Source: Thermoplasmata archaeon
GTDB taxonomy: Archaea; Thermoplasmatota; Thermoplasmata; Lutacidiplasmatales; UBA184
DNA length: 61,108 bases
Assembly (NCBI GenBank): GCA_030037875.1
Contig: JASHPV010000089.1
Span: forward strand, 1 to 61,108
Reading direction: 5' to 3'
Part shown: positions 44,250-53,153 of the stretch, in pieces
Layout: each line of letters begins with the position of its first letter
Numbering within the stretch: the first letter of the stretch is position 1
Position numbers and translations under genes: made by a program
The notes under the pieces: generated by a model
Databases searched by the model: none
What the model was told of the DNA's origin: nothing
What the model saw: the letters and a program-made list of their open reading frames with translations, nothing else

Positions 44250-44705
44250 ATGGCACATTCTCCACCCAGTAGGCGATTCACGTCATGGCGTTGGCTGATC
44301 ATCACAGCCGTTTGCGTCGCTTTCGCGGTCGTCCTGGCAGCGTATCTGTACTGGCCGACGCTCGAACACGAGGTCACGGTCACCCACGCCACCATTCGTA
44401 TCGTCGAGGGCAAGACCCCTACGGACTGGTTCGGAAGTCCATCCATCAACGAGACGACCGGGTATCCGTTCAGATCCACAACGGGCGCTGCGTTCACCGT
44501 CCCTGTGCATTTGATCAATTTCGATTACAACGAAACCCACGTCATTGTAGGGGTGAACGTCTCGAGCCCATTCGTCTTCGTGGGCACGTCTCCTTCGCTG
44601 CCACTTTACGTGGGCCCAGAGGATTCGGTCCTATTCAACGTCACAGTCGATTGCCCACCGACCGTGGGCACGTACGCACTCACGATTACTCTCAGTGCGC
44701 TTTGA
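44250..44705 (+). CDS. Small N-terminally anchored secreted protein (hypothetical)
   Basis: Basic N-terminus plus TM helix WLIITAVCVAFAVVLAAYLYW, then a beta-rich roughly 110-aa domain. Confidence 0.5.
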   Translation: MAHSPPSRRFTSWRWLIITAVCVAFAVVLAAYLYWPTLEHEVTVTHATIRIVEGKTPTDWFGSPSINETTGYPFRSTTGAAFTVPVHLINFDYNETHVIVGVNVSSPFVFVGTSPSLPLYVGPEDSVLFNVTVDCPPTVGTYALTITLSAL

Positions 44706-44811
44706 CGCATGGAGAAGGAATTCCCCGGGCTTCGGACCGCTTGGTGGCGAGAGCTCAATCCAGCCGTCGGCAGGTCGCTTAATAGTTCGCTCAACGCTTT
44801 TAGTTAGGACG

Positions 44812-47097
44812 ATGGGCCCGCGGTTAGTATTGGCTGCCGTTGTGTGTACGCTCGTGCTTCTCGCGGTCGCCGTGTTCGCGGTATCCTCCCTCGAAGGAAC
44901 CGCACCGGGCACCGCGGTCGTTCCTGCGAACCGGACCCCCGCCTTCGATGGATCGGACGCCCCAGGGGCGAACCACGTCATCGCGTCGCTGTCAGTCGGG
45001 AAAAATCCGCTGCCGCCAGTGTACGATGCTGCGAACGGCAACTTGTACGTGGCCAACTACGACATGACCAACGTGAGCGTTATCTCGGCTACTGGGAACG
45101 AAGTCGAAGCCACGATCACTGTCCCTGCTCAGCCCATCACGCCCACCATCGACTCGGGCAATGGAGACCTGTACGTCGCAACCCAGGTCTCGGACAGCGT
45201 GAGCGTGATCTCTGGCCTGACGAACGCGGTGATCGGCTCCATCCCTCTCGGTACGAATGTGGAATCTCTCCCACCGGTGTACGACAGCCGTAACGGGGAC
45301 CTGTACGTCGCCAGTGCATTTTCCAACACTATCGCCGTGATCTCGGGGGCGACGAACACAGTGATTGCCAACCTTTCCTTGCCGGGGTATCCTCTTGTGC
45401 CGACCTACGACGATGGGAATGGCAACATCTACGTCGCCATCGAGGGGACCGGCATTGTGAGCGTCATCGACGGAATGACGAACACGTTGTCGGCGAATGT
45501 GTCGCTGGGTTCCCAGTATCTCCAAACCGGGGCGTACGACGTCGCGAACGGGAACCTGTACTTTCCAGAAATTCCCGCCGGGCCATCGAACCCCCCCGGA
45601 TCCGTGGTGGTGCTTTCCGGGGCAACAAACACGGTGATTGGGACCGTTCCGGTCGGAAAGCTCCCAGAGACTCCGGTCGTGGACGCCCAGAATGGAAACC
45701 TCTACGTGGCCAACTACGGAACGAACAACGTGAGCGTAATCTCGGGGACTGCGAACGCGGTGATCGGAAGCGTACCAACGGGCGCGGGACCCAATCCTCC
45801 GACCTACGACGGGGGCGACGGAGACCTGTACGTTACCTGCGATATCTCGAACAACGTCACGGTGATTTCGGGAGTCACCAACACCGTCGTCGCGAACGTG
45901 CCGGTCGGTCTGACCCCCGAAGTCGGATCGTACGACCCTACCACGGGGTCGGTGTTCTTCACGAACAAGGCGTCCAACAACGTGAGCGTGATGGCCGATG
46001 GAACTGTCCCGATGTATTCCACCACGCTCACGGAAACCGGTCTCCCGGGAGGCACCAAATGGTCGGTGACGATGGATGGAGTCGTTCGAAACTCGACTCA
46101 GGATTCCGTTGTGTTTCTTCTGCCCAACGGCAGCTACCCTTACTCCATCTCCTCCGCTCGGTGTGCTGCGACTTCGCCCCGAGGGACCGTTACCCTGAGC
46201 GGAACCGAGGCAGCGGTCGCAGTCCCATTTCCTCCAGGAAAATGTTCCGGCGCGGTGGGGCTGACGGACCTCCAGTATACGGGGATCGGGATACTGGCTG
46301 CGGTCGCCATTGTACTTGGGACGCTCGTGGCCACAGGTCGACTCCCACCAAGGAGGATCGGTGGGAAGGGAGGACCTGAGTCGACTACCTCTTCCCCGGA
46401 CGGCCAAACGTCCCCGGTACGACCCGAGAGCGGCGCCGAAGGAGCGACGAGCCGTTTCCGGAAGGACAAAAGGAGACGGCGGGTCCGCTGGACGGTCGCC
46501 GCCGGGGTCGTGGTTCTGATGGTGATTGCCGCGTACCTTGTGGTCATTCCCCCGACCTCTCCGAGTCGATCCAGTCCCGGGTCACCCTTCGCCGGGGTTG
46601 CAGTCCATCTCGGAAACTCCTCCTTGGACGTCGTCACTTGCGGAACAGGGACCTCTGTGATCGCCGAACGAGTCCCTTGGATCTCCGCTACGACTCGAGT
46701 CACGACCGCCCAGATCGTGATGCTGGTCTCGGATGTCGATGGAGACATTCTGTCGGATACGGGTCCGTCGCCCAACGTAACCTCGTCGAATTCCTGCGCA
46801 GGGGCGCCTCCCGAGCCGCGCCCGCTGGCGGGCGTCGGCAACGACTTCAGCTGGTATGTGGTGTTAAGCAACCCCAACGGGACGAACGTCGCGTTCTTTA
46901 CCATCACCCAGGGATGGGTCCTGGTCCCCGCCGGACCGTCGACCCCGCTGACCGTGGCCAACGGTTCAGCGTTGACCCTATTCTGTACGCCGTCCGTCTC
47001 CCGGTTGGGCCCCTACAACTTCGAGGGCACCTACGAACTGAAAGTCGGAATCATTGTAAATGGCAGCACGGGGGTCCTCGCGGCCGTCCCCTTGTGA
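44812..47097 (+). CDS. YVTN-repeat beta-propeller surface protein fused to a two-TM linker and a C-terminal novel domain
   Basis: ATG 44812 gives MGPRLVLAAVVCTLVLLAVAVFAV. About 9 repeats of NGNLYVANxxxNxVSVISGxTNxVIxxIxVG. GLPGGTKWSV module. TM, basic cytoplasmic loop, second TM, then a roughly 230-aa domain homologous to 47125-47913. Confidence 0.8.
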   Translation: MGPRLVLAAVVCTLVLLAVAVFAVSSLEGTAPGTAVVPANRTPAFDGSDAPGANHVIASLSVGKNPLPPVYDAANGNLYVANYDMTNVSVISATGNEVEATITVPAQPITPTIDSGNGDLYVATQVSDSVSVISGLTNAVIGSIPLGTNVESLPPVYDSRNGDLYVASAFSNTIAVISGATNTVIANLSLPGYPLVPTYDDGNGNIYVAIEGTGIVSVIDGMTNTLSANVSLGSQYLQTGAYDVANGNLYFPEIPAGPSNPPGSVVVLSGATNTVIGTVPVGKLPETPVVDAQNGNLYVANYGTNNVSVISGTANAVIGSVPTGAGPNPPTYDGGDGDLYVTCDISNNVTVISGVTNTVVANVPVGLTPEVGSYDPTTGSVFFTNKASNNVSVMADGTVPMYSTTLTETGLPGGTKWSVTMDGVVRNSTQDSVVFLLPNGSYPYSISSARCAATSPRGTVTLSGTEAAVAVPFPPGKCSGAVGLTDLQYTGIGILAAVAIVLGTLVATGRLPPRRIGGKGGPESTTSSPDGQTSPVRPESGAEGATSRFRKDKRRRRVRWTVAAGVVVLMVIAAYLVVIPPTSPSRSSPGSPFAGVAVHLGNSSLDVVTCGTGTSVIAERVPWISATTRVTTAQIVMLVSDVDGDILSDTGPSPNVTSSNSCAGAPPEPRPLAGVGNDFSWYVVLSNPNGTNVAFFTITQGWVLVPAGPSTPLTVANGSALTLFCTPSVSRLGPYNFEGTYELKVGIIVNGSTGVLAAVPL

Positions 47098-47124
47098 CCG
47101 GGCGGCCGCTCCCACGTCTCCTGC

Positions 47125-47913
47125 TCAGAGCTCACCACAAACGTTGATGGTCGGGGCCCCGACGTCCCCCAGCACGCACAGGGCGAAAGAGAGGCCAGCG
47201 TACGAGGGATCCGACAGGACGAATAGAGTGGAACCGTCCGCGATGGTGATCCCGACCCCCGGTTGGTTCAAGTTGACCCAGCCTTGGGAATAGCTGAAGA
47301 AGGCAATGTTGGCGCCGGCGGGATTCTGCAGGACGGCGTACCAACTTGTCCACGCGCTCTGGACCGGCGCTCCGCAGAGGTAACTCGCAGAGACCGAGGG
47401 ATAGGCAGTGGGCCCTCCATCGATATCGCCGTCAATGAGTTCCTGAAGCTCGAGCGCAATCTCGCTCGTGGACACTGGGGCGCTGGAGCTCACCCACGGA
47501 ACGCCCTCGGTGGTTGTTGTTTTTCCGTCGGAACATGTTGTGGTCGCGACCGTGGCGGGACCTAGATTGACGGTCACGCTCCCCGAGGGCCCCGACGGGG
47601 AACTCCCGCCGCTGGACGCGCCTTGGCTTCCGCTCAGACTGGCCCCTGGCGCAAAGAAGAGCCCCAACGCGACGATCCCCACGACGAGGAGGACTCCGAG
47701 GACCGTTCGACGCCGTTGGTCACGGCGGTAGCTCCGAACCCGGAACTCACTGGCCCGGGCGGGCCGAACTGGCTCCGCGGCGCCGTTGGCCGCCGGAGTG
47801 ACCACGCCGGTCGGGGGAACGGCCGATGGGCCCGAAGGCGTGTACGCTGGGGGTCCGTTCATCCCAGCGTCGGCCTGGGCGGGGCGGGCCGGTCGTTGCA
47901 GAGATTCCGACAC
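47125..47913 (-). CDS. Membrane-anchored secreted protein (hypothetical), paralogous to the C-terminus of 44812-47097
   Basis: Pro-rich cytoplasmic N-terminus, RRDQRRR plus TM, then TTCSDGKTTTTEGVPWVSS...SWYAVLQNPAGANIAFFSYSQGWV. This aligns with VTCGTGTSVIAERVPWISA...SWYVVLSNPNGTNVAFFTITQGWV. Confidence 0.6.
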   Translation of the reverse strand: MSESLQRPARPAQADAGMNGPPAYTPSGPSAVPPTGVVTPAANGAAEPVRPARASEFRVRSYRRDQRRRTVLGVLLVVGIVALGLFFAPGASLSGSQGASSGGSSPSGPSGSVTVNLGPATVATTTCSDGKTTTTEGVPWVSSSAPVSTSEIALELQELIDGDIDGGPTAYPSVSASYLCGAPVQSAWTSWYAVLQNPAGANIAFFSYSQGWVNLNQPGVGITIADGSTLFVLSDPSYAGLSFALCVLGDVGAPTINVCGEL

Positions 47914-47935
47914 CTTCGGCCTCTCTTTCCAGGTC

Positions 47936-48847
47936 CTATCCGGCGGGGTTAGCGCCGATGACCTCCAGGTACGCGTCTTCCAGCGCCGGGAAGGCGCTGG
48001 TAAAGCTCCTTACCGGGCCGAGGCGCAGGGACTCCTCCAAGATCCGGGAACGCGTTTCGGCCCGGCCATCAAAGCCGAGTCGGTATCGGCGGTCGCTCAC
48101 CCTCGCGTAGTCCTGTATCCAGGGCTTCAGGGCTTCGAAGGCCGAGGGTCCCACGGGGGTGGCAAACTCGACCTCCACGAGACGGCTCTCGGTCCGCCCA
48201 GCAACGGCGTCCGTCGAATCCTGCAGGAGAATCCGGCCGCTGTCGATGAAGATGAGCCGGTCGCACACTTCCATAACATCGGCCATCAGGTGCGAGCTCA
48301 TGAGAATCAAGTGGTCCTTTCGAAGCGTTTGCAGCAGCCTCCGGACCTGAACGCGACTGGTAGGATCCATGCCGTCTGTGGGTTCATCGAGCAGCAAGAC
48401 CCGGGGATCCCCCATCCGGGCGGCGGCGAGGGCCACCCGCTGCCGTTGACCCTTGGAGAGCCAACCGCACCGCATCCCCAACTGAGGGAGACCTAGCTCC
48501 TCGTTGCATCGGTCAATCTCCTGGTCGATCTCCCTCGTGTCCAAGCCCCGCAGGATCCCGACGCGGTTGAGCGCGTCGAAGACCGTCTCAGAAGGATAGG
48601 CCTCCGGATTCTCGATGACCGCTCCCACGTCCCAGAGCGCCCTCTGTCGGTTCTCCCTGGGGTCGACCCCGTTCAAACGTGCGGCACCGGCCGTGGGGAG
48701 GAGCAGCCCGACAAGGAGCTTCAAGGTCGTCGATTTCCCGGCGCCGTTGGGGCCCAGGTATCCGATCGCTCCGGCGCCTTCGTAGCGGAAGCTGACATGG
48801 TCCAGCGCCGGCGCTCCATTTCGGTATGATTTGGTCAGTTGTTCCAC
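47936..48847 (-). CDS. ABC transporter ATP-binding protein (ABC-2/NosF-like)
   Basis: Walker A GPNGAGKSTT, signature LSKGQRQRVALA, Walker B LLLDEPTDGMD, plus a C-terminal extra domain. Confidence 0.9.
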   Translation of the reverse strand: MEQLTKSYRNGAPALDHVSFRYEGAGAIGYLGPNGAGKSTTLKLLVGLLLPTAGAARLNGVDPRENRQRALWDVGAVIENPEAYPSETVFDALNRVGILRGLDTREIDQEIDRCNEELGLPQLGMRCGWLSKGQRQRVALAAARMGDPRVLLLDEPTDGMDPTSRVQVRRLLQTLRKDHLILMSSHLMADVMEVCDRLIFIDSGRILLQDSTDAVAGRTESRLVEVEFATPVGPSAFEALKPWIQDYARVSDRRYRLGFDGRAETRSRILEESLRLGPVRSFTSAFPALEDAYLEVIGANPAG

Positions 48848-48869
48848 TTCGATCGACGGCTCCGTATCC

Positions 48870-49724
48870 TCACCCCCGGGACTCCTTTCGTTGGTACAGG
48901 ACGATACTCAGTGCCAAGAACACCACAAGGTAAGCGGCCATGATCGCCGCCCCTTCGGCAGGGGAGGCGGACCATGCCGTGAGATACTTGCCCCCGCCCA
49001 CCGGGATGACCTGTTTCGGTGTAAACGCCCAGTCGAGCGCTGAGGAGATGGCACCCCCGGCGTAGTTGAGGGACCACCACGGCTCGTACCCAGTGATCTG
49101 CACTACGTTCTGCAGGGTCGTGAGCGCGACGAAAAGGACCAGGATGGTCACGAGGACCCCGGTGGCGGGTGCCTTGAAGAGGGCGCTGAAGCTGAACGCG
49201 ACGCTGACCACGGCGAGAGTGAACAGCACGGCCAATGCCAGCGAAGTTCCAAGGGAGCCCCAGGGGATCGCGTTCCGCCCGAACGCGAAGGACGCGCCGA
49301 GGACGCCGAACACGGTGTACTCCAGCACCACAATGAGCGACACTGCCGTGGCGGAAGCGTACCGGCCGGCGAGAAGGGTGCTGCGTTCTACTGGCAGCAC
49401 GAGGGTGTAATAGCCGGCCCCGGTGTTGAAATCGACGCTCAACGCGTCTCCGCCGAAAAATGCCGCCGCCAGGATGATCCAGAGCGGCGTGCTCTGCGTG
49501 TAGTCCGTCAGGAATTCGGAAACGGAGTTGAGGAAGCTCAGCCGTACGATGCCGGTCCCCGCCTCTACCAAGAAGAAGAGCCAAAGGCCCGCCACCACTC
49601 CCACGAATGCGACGAGCCCGAGGAACCGGTAGGTCCGCAGATAGTTCCGAAACTGGCTACTGGCGATCACCGCCCACTGGGTGAAGACAGACACCCGACG
49701 ACGCGTCGGACGGCTCGCCGCCAT
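48870..49724 (-). CDS. ABC-2 family permease (NosY-like)
   Basis: 284 aa, about 6 TM helices, 22 nt upstream of the ATPase gene. Confidence 0.75.
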   Translation of the reverse strand: MAASRPTRRRVSVFTQWAVIASSQFRNYLRTYRFLGLVAFVGVVAGLWLFFLVEAGTGIVRLSFLNSVSEFLTDYTQSTPLWIILAAAFFGGDALSVDFNTGAGYYTLVLPVERSTLLAGRYASATAVSLIVVLEYTVFGVLGASFAFGRNAIPWGSLGTSLALAVLFTLAVVSVAFSFSALFKAPATGVLVTILVLFVALTTLQNVVQITGYEPWWSLNYAGGAISSALDWAFTPKQVIPVGGGKYLTAWSASPAEGAAIMAAYLVVFLALSIVLYQRKESRG

Positions 49725-49844
49725 CTAAGTACCGACAGTACAATTCTAGAGTCGGCTATTGAAGCGTTACGGGTGGGACATTCTCTCGTTACGAAAGGAG
49801 AGAAGATTTCGGAAGGAAAGGCCACCCCCGTCCGACGTGGGACC

Positions 49845-50351
49845 CTACAACAGGGGAGTCGTGTAAGTGCCATTAATCCATATCGTCGTGTCGGGGGGAA
49901 AGAAATCCCCCAGCGTGACCATCTCAACCGTGAAGGTGAAGGGCGATCCATGCCCTGAGAACGTCCCTGCGCCTCCCTGGGCCCATGTGACGCTGAGATT
50001 GTAGGGGTTGCCCTGCATGTACTCTGCAACCGCTAGGTAGACGGGTGAGCCGTTCGACTTTGTGATGTTCAATTGGGCCGACCCGTTGGAACCGATCCAA
50101 GTTACCCACCAACTGAAGTCGACGGTCGCCTGCGACGGGAATCCGTATGTGTCCTGAGTCACCAGGGCGCATCCACACGCCGGAGCAGCAAAGGAGAACG
50201 AGAAATGGTGCGGCGACGTGGTGGCTCCTGCTAGGAGACGGGCTCCAATCACGACCGCGAGCACGACTGCCAGGACCGATACTGTCGTCCAGAGGATGGT
50301 ACCCTTACGGCGGGTCCATAGCTCCGTCAAGCGGGACGAAAGGGTCGCCAT
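49845..50351 (-). CDS. Small N-terminally anchored secreted protein (hypothetical)
   Basis: TM helix ILWTTVSVLAVVLAVVIGARLL followed by a beta-rich domain. VDFSWWVTWIGSNGSAQLNI weakly resembles the DFSWYVVLSNPNGTNVAFF segment of the neighbouring paralogues. Confidence 0.5.
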   Translation of the reverse strand: MATLSSRLTELWTRRKGTILWTTVSVLAVVLAVVIGARLLAGATTSPHHFSFSFAAPACGCALVTQDTYGFPSQATVDFSWWVTWIGSNGSAQLNITKSNGSPVYLAVAEYMQGNPYNLSVTWAQGGAGTFSGHGSPFTFTVEMVTLGDFFPPDTTIWINGTYTTPLL

Positions 50352-50624
50352 ACGCGATCAAGAGGTCGTGAGGAGAATTTGGACTCTAGCTTCCATCTAG
50401 CGGCAAATGTGAGGGGTACCCCGGGGACCGGGTAGAGCGTACGCTCATTAGCCGTCGCGGCGCTTTTAAGAACGAAGAACAGGCGGGCCGGCGGGGAGTC
50501 ACCCACCTAGCCCATCCAAGAGGAGTAGCGTGAGATCCCCTACCATCGTCGTCTTCGCGGCCCCTTTTCCGGGCGCAGTTTCGACAGGGTCTCACGCGGC
50601 CCGGTCCCGACCAGGAGGGAGCCT

Positions 50625-51857
50625 TTGAACAACACCCCCTCAGCCGGCGCGAACGATTCTCAAGAGGATACCCAAAGGGTAGCCCGAACCGCCAGAGGTC
50701 CGCGGAGCAGAATCAAGGTGGTCGTGGCCGTCGTGGCTATCCTCGCGATCATGATCGTTACGGCGGGGTGGCTGGCCGGGTGGTTTGCTCCGACCAGCGC
50801 GGAGGTTGTTTCGAAGAGGTGCGCGGCAAGCGTGGAACTTGCAGGGGTAGGGGCTTACTCCGTAGGCCCGGCGATGCGCTCGTGGTCCGCCGAATTCAAC
50901 ACAACGGCCTGCGCGACGGTGACCTATGCGAGCGTTAGTTCGGGGGTTGATGAGCTGGCAGCGAAGACCGTGGACTTCGCCGTTATCGACACTTCCCTTA
51001 GCTCCTCGGAGGCCACCGAACTCGGCTTGGCAGCGATTGTCCTTCCCGTGGCCCTCGAGGCCACCACGGTGGTCTACAGTATTCCCGGCGTACCCGCCGG
51101 CCTGCATCTCAGTGGCGGCGTTCTGGCAGCGGTCTATCTAGGGGAGATCACGAATTGGAACAGCTCGGCGATCCAAGCGCTCAATCCCACGGTCCGGCTC
51201 CCGTCGGATCTTCCTATCACCCCCGTCCATTGCTCCGGAAGCTGCGCGACTACGCTTGCCTTCACAGGGTACCTGTCGCGGACAAACTCGACGTGGAATG
51301 ACACGGTCGGGTCGAGCACTTCGCCGACCTGGCCGGCCGTGGGGGTGGGGGAATCCGGTAGCCTCGCAGTGACGAGCGAGGTCGCCCTTACCCCTGGGGC
51401 GATCGGATACGCCGAGCTCCCACTAGCCCAACAGGCGAATCTGACGTGGGCGGACCTTCAAAACCCGGCGGATTCGTTTGCAGCGCCCTCCCCGGCCAAC
51501 ACGACCGCCGCCGCGGCGAGTGCGTTTCCCACGCTGCCGCCCGAAACGGGCCTTCCCTCGAACCAATCCATCCTGAACGAGGCCGGTCTCAACAGCTACC
51601 CAATGGCCACGTTATCGTACGTCGTTGTCTACCAAGACCTCGGCATCGCGTACAACGGAACGCTTGCGAAGGTCACGGCCCAGTGGTTGGGGGCTTACAT
51701 TCTCTGGGTCACCACCGCGGCACAGCCGAACGGGGTTCCGCTGGGGTATGCTCCCCTTCCGGCGATCCTTGTGACCTGGAATCAGGACTCGCTGGAGAAG
51801 CTACTTTACGACGGTGTGAGCGTTCTGCCCGGGGGCGATTCCGGCGGAGAACCCTAG
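50625..51857 (+). CDS. PstS-like (phosphate-type) ABC substrate-binding protein, membrane-anchored
   Basis: TTG start preceded by GGAGGGA. LSGGVLAAVYLGEITNWNSSAIQALNP and SGSCATTLAFTGYLS resemble PstS G.I..W and SGTT.xFTxYL motifs. Confidence 0.6.
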   Translation: MNNTPSAGANDSQEDTQRVARTARGPRSRIKVVVAVVAILAIMIVTAGWLAGWFAPTSAEVVSKRCAASVELAGVGAYSVGPAMRSWSAEFNTTACATVTYASVSSGVDELAAKTVDFAVIDTSLSSSEATELGLAAIVLPVALEATTVVYSIPGVPAGLHLSGGVLAAVYLGEITNWNSSAIQALNPTVRLPSDLPITPVHCSGSCATTLAFTGYLSRTNSTWNDTVGSSTSPTWPAVGVGESGSLAVTSEVALTPGAIGYAELPLAQQANLTWADLQNPADSFAAPSPANTTAAAASAFPTLPPETGLPSNQSILNEAGLNSYPMATLSYVVVYQDLGIAYNGTLAKVTAQWLGAYILWVTTAAQPNGVPLGYAPLPAILVTWNQDSLEKLLYDGVSVLPGGDSGGEP

Positions 51858-52057
51858 TCGGTCCGAGAGCATCCCTCGCTTCGTGAGGGCGCGCCGCCAC
51901 GGCGGCCCCCCGGAATGACCGCTTCTGAATGCAATGGTCCCGGGTCATCCTTCTTGGGTGGCTACAGTGATTGAGATTCAGTTCCACGGGTGGGCCCGCC
52001 CGCCATCGCCTCGCCCGAGGGCCGGTCGGTCTTTCGGTACCTGAAATGCAGGTTTAA

Positions 52058-52131
52058 CGGGCCCAAGGGGATTCGAACCCCTGATCTTGCGGTTAAGAGC
52101 CGCCTGCTCTACCGGGCTGAGCTATGGGCCC
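52058..52131 (-). tRNA. tRNA-Lys (anticodon CUU)
   Basis: The reverse complement folds as a cloverleaf: GGGCCCA/TGGGCCC acceptor, GCTC..GAGC D-arm, GGCGG-CTCTTAA-CCGCA anticodon arm (27-43 G-A mismatch), AGGGG-TTCGAAT-CCCCT T-arm, discriminator G. No encoded CCA. Confidence 0.85.
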
Positions 52132-52145
52132 GCCTCGTCGGGCTC

Positions 52146-52161
52146 GCCCGATTTCGGGCGG
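52146..52161. other. Palindromic hairpin CGCCCGATTTCGGGCG between the dys stop and the tRNA
   Basis: 6-7 bp GC stem. Could be a processing or termination element. No T-tract. Confidence 0.3.
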
Positions 52162-52166
52162 CCCAC

Positions 52167-53138
52167 TTAAGGCCTCGCTCTTCGGACCATCGGCCGGCCT
52201 AAACGTTCGAGGGCGGCCCCGACCATCCAAGGCAGCAGTACCGTGATGTCGCCGTCGACCGTCACGTGATGTGCTGTGGGCTTCACCTTCCCCCACGAGA
52301 CCGCCTCGCGCGTCCGGGCACCGGAGAGACTCCCGTCCCACTCGACGGCCGATGTGATGTAGAGCGCCGCGTCGAGGCCTTCCCGGAACTGGTTCCACCA
52401 TATCGTGTGGTGCTTCGAGATGCCCCCCCCGAGGAGAATCGCCCCACTTCGTTTGGCCTCGAACACGAGGTCCGAAAGACGTTGCTCGTCCGGCAATAGG
52501 TCGACTTGGAACTCCTTGTGCATCTGCCAGAACAACCAGAGCTGCGAGCCCACCGCGCCGTCGGTGATGCCCGGGACGATGACCGGGATCATCCGCTCGA
52601 AGGCTGCCCTCGCGAGACTTCCTCGGCCGGCCCGGTCTCCTAACGCCTCCCCGATCTTCCAGACAAGGTCGGTGGTGGAAATCCGGCGAATGCCCGCTTT
52701 CCACAGACGGTTCAAGAGCCTCTGCATGAACCGCTCGACGGTGCCGCCATAGACCTTCTCTTCGATCACCAGATTCCCGAGCCGGTAGAGTCCCTTCGCG
52801 CGCAGGGCAGCGTCGTCGAGGAGCCAATCGCCGTGAAGATACGGCCCGTAGGACCGCGCGATGTCGTGGTCGAGCGTGCCGCAGGTCGTCACCACGGCGT
52901 CGACGTATCCTCCGGCGAGGAGGGTGTGTAGCACCCCTCGGGTTCCCGTCGCCACGATATCCGCGGGAAACGAGAGGAAGGTCGTCATCTCCCGATCGCC
53001 GAGAATTTCGGTCAGCACGTCGACCCCCTGGGCGAATCCCTTGGCCGTGAACCCTCCGGCCGCGTCGAGGCGCCGGGCCAGCGTGTCGAGCGAGGGTCGG
53101 TCGTCGATCCGAATGTCCTCCACTCGACGACGGGCCAT
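52167..53138 (-). CDS. dys: Deoxyhypusine synthase
   Basis: Typical DHS length (323 aa). TGTRGV..., LGGGISKHH and SWGK strings. Confidence 0.9.
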   Translation of the reverse strand: MARRRVEDIRIDDRPSLDTLARRLDAAGGFTAKGFAQGVDVLTEILGDREMTTFLSFPADIVATGTRGVLHTLLAGGYVDAVVTTCGTLDHDIARSYGPYLHGDWLLDDAALRAKGLYRLGNLVIEEKVYGGTVERFMQRLLNRLWKAGIRRISTTDLVWKIGEALGDRAGRGSLARAAFERMIPVIVPGITDGAVGSQLWLFWQMHKEFQVDLLPDEQRLSDLVFEAKRSGAILLGGGISKHHTIWWNQFREGLDAALYITSAVEWDGSLSGARTREAVSWGKVKPTAHHVTVDGDITVLLPWMVGAALERLGRPMVRRARP

Positions 53139-53153
53139 CGGTGCGCTCCGCTC

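Noticed and set aside
51858-52057. Possible C/D-box sRNA between the PstS-like gene and tRNA-Lys
   Set aside because: Only CTGA strings and imperfect TGA-containing boxes (AATGACC, GTGATTGA) are present. There is no proper RUGAUGA C box with terminal pairing.
52058-52131. tRNA-Lys as the attachment site of an integrated element
   Set aside because: No integrase, no phage or plasmid genes, and no obvious duplicated copy of the tRNA 3' end were seen on either side. A systematic repeat search was not possible by eye.
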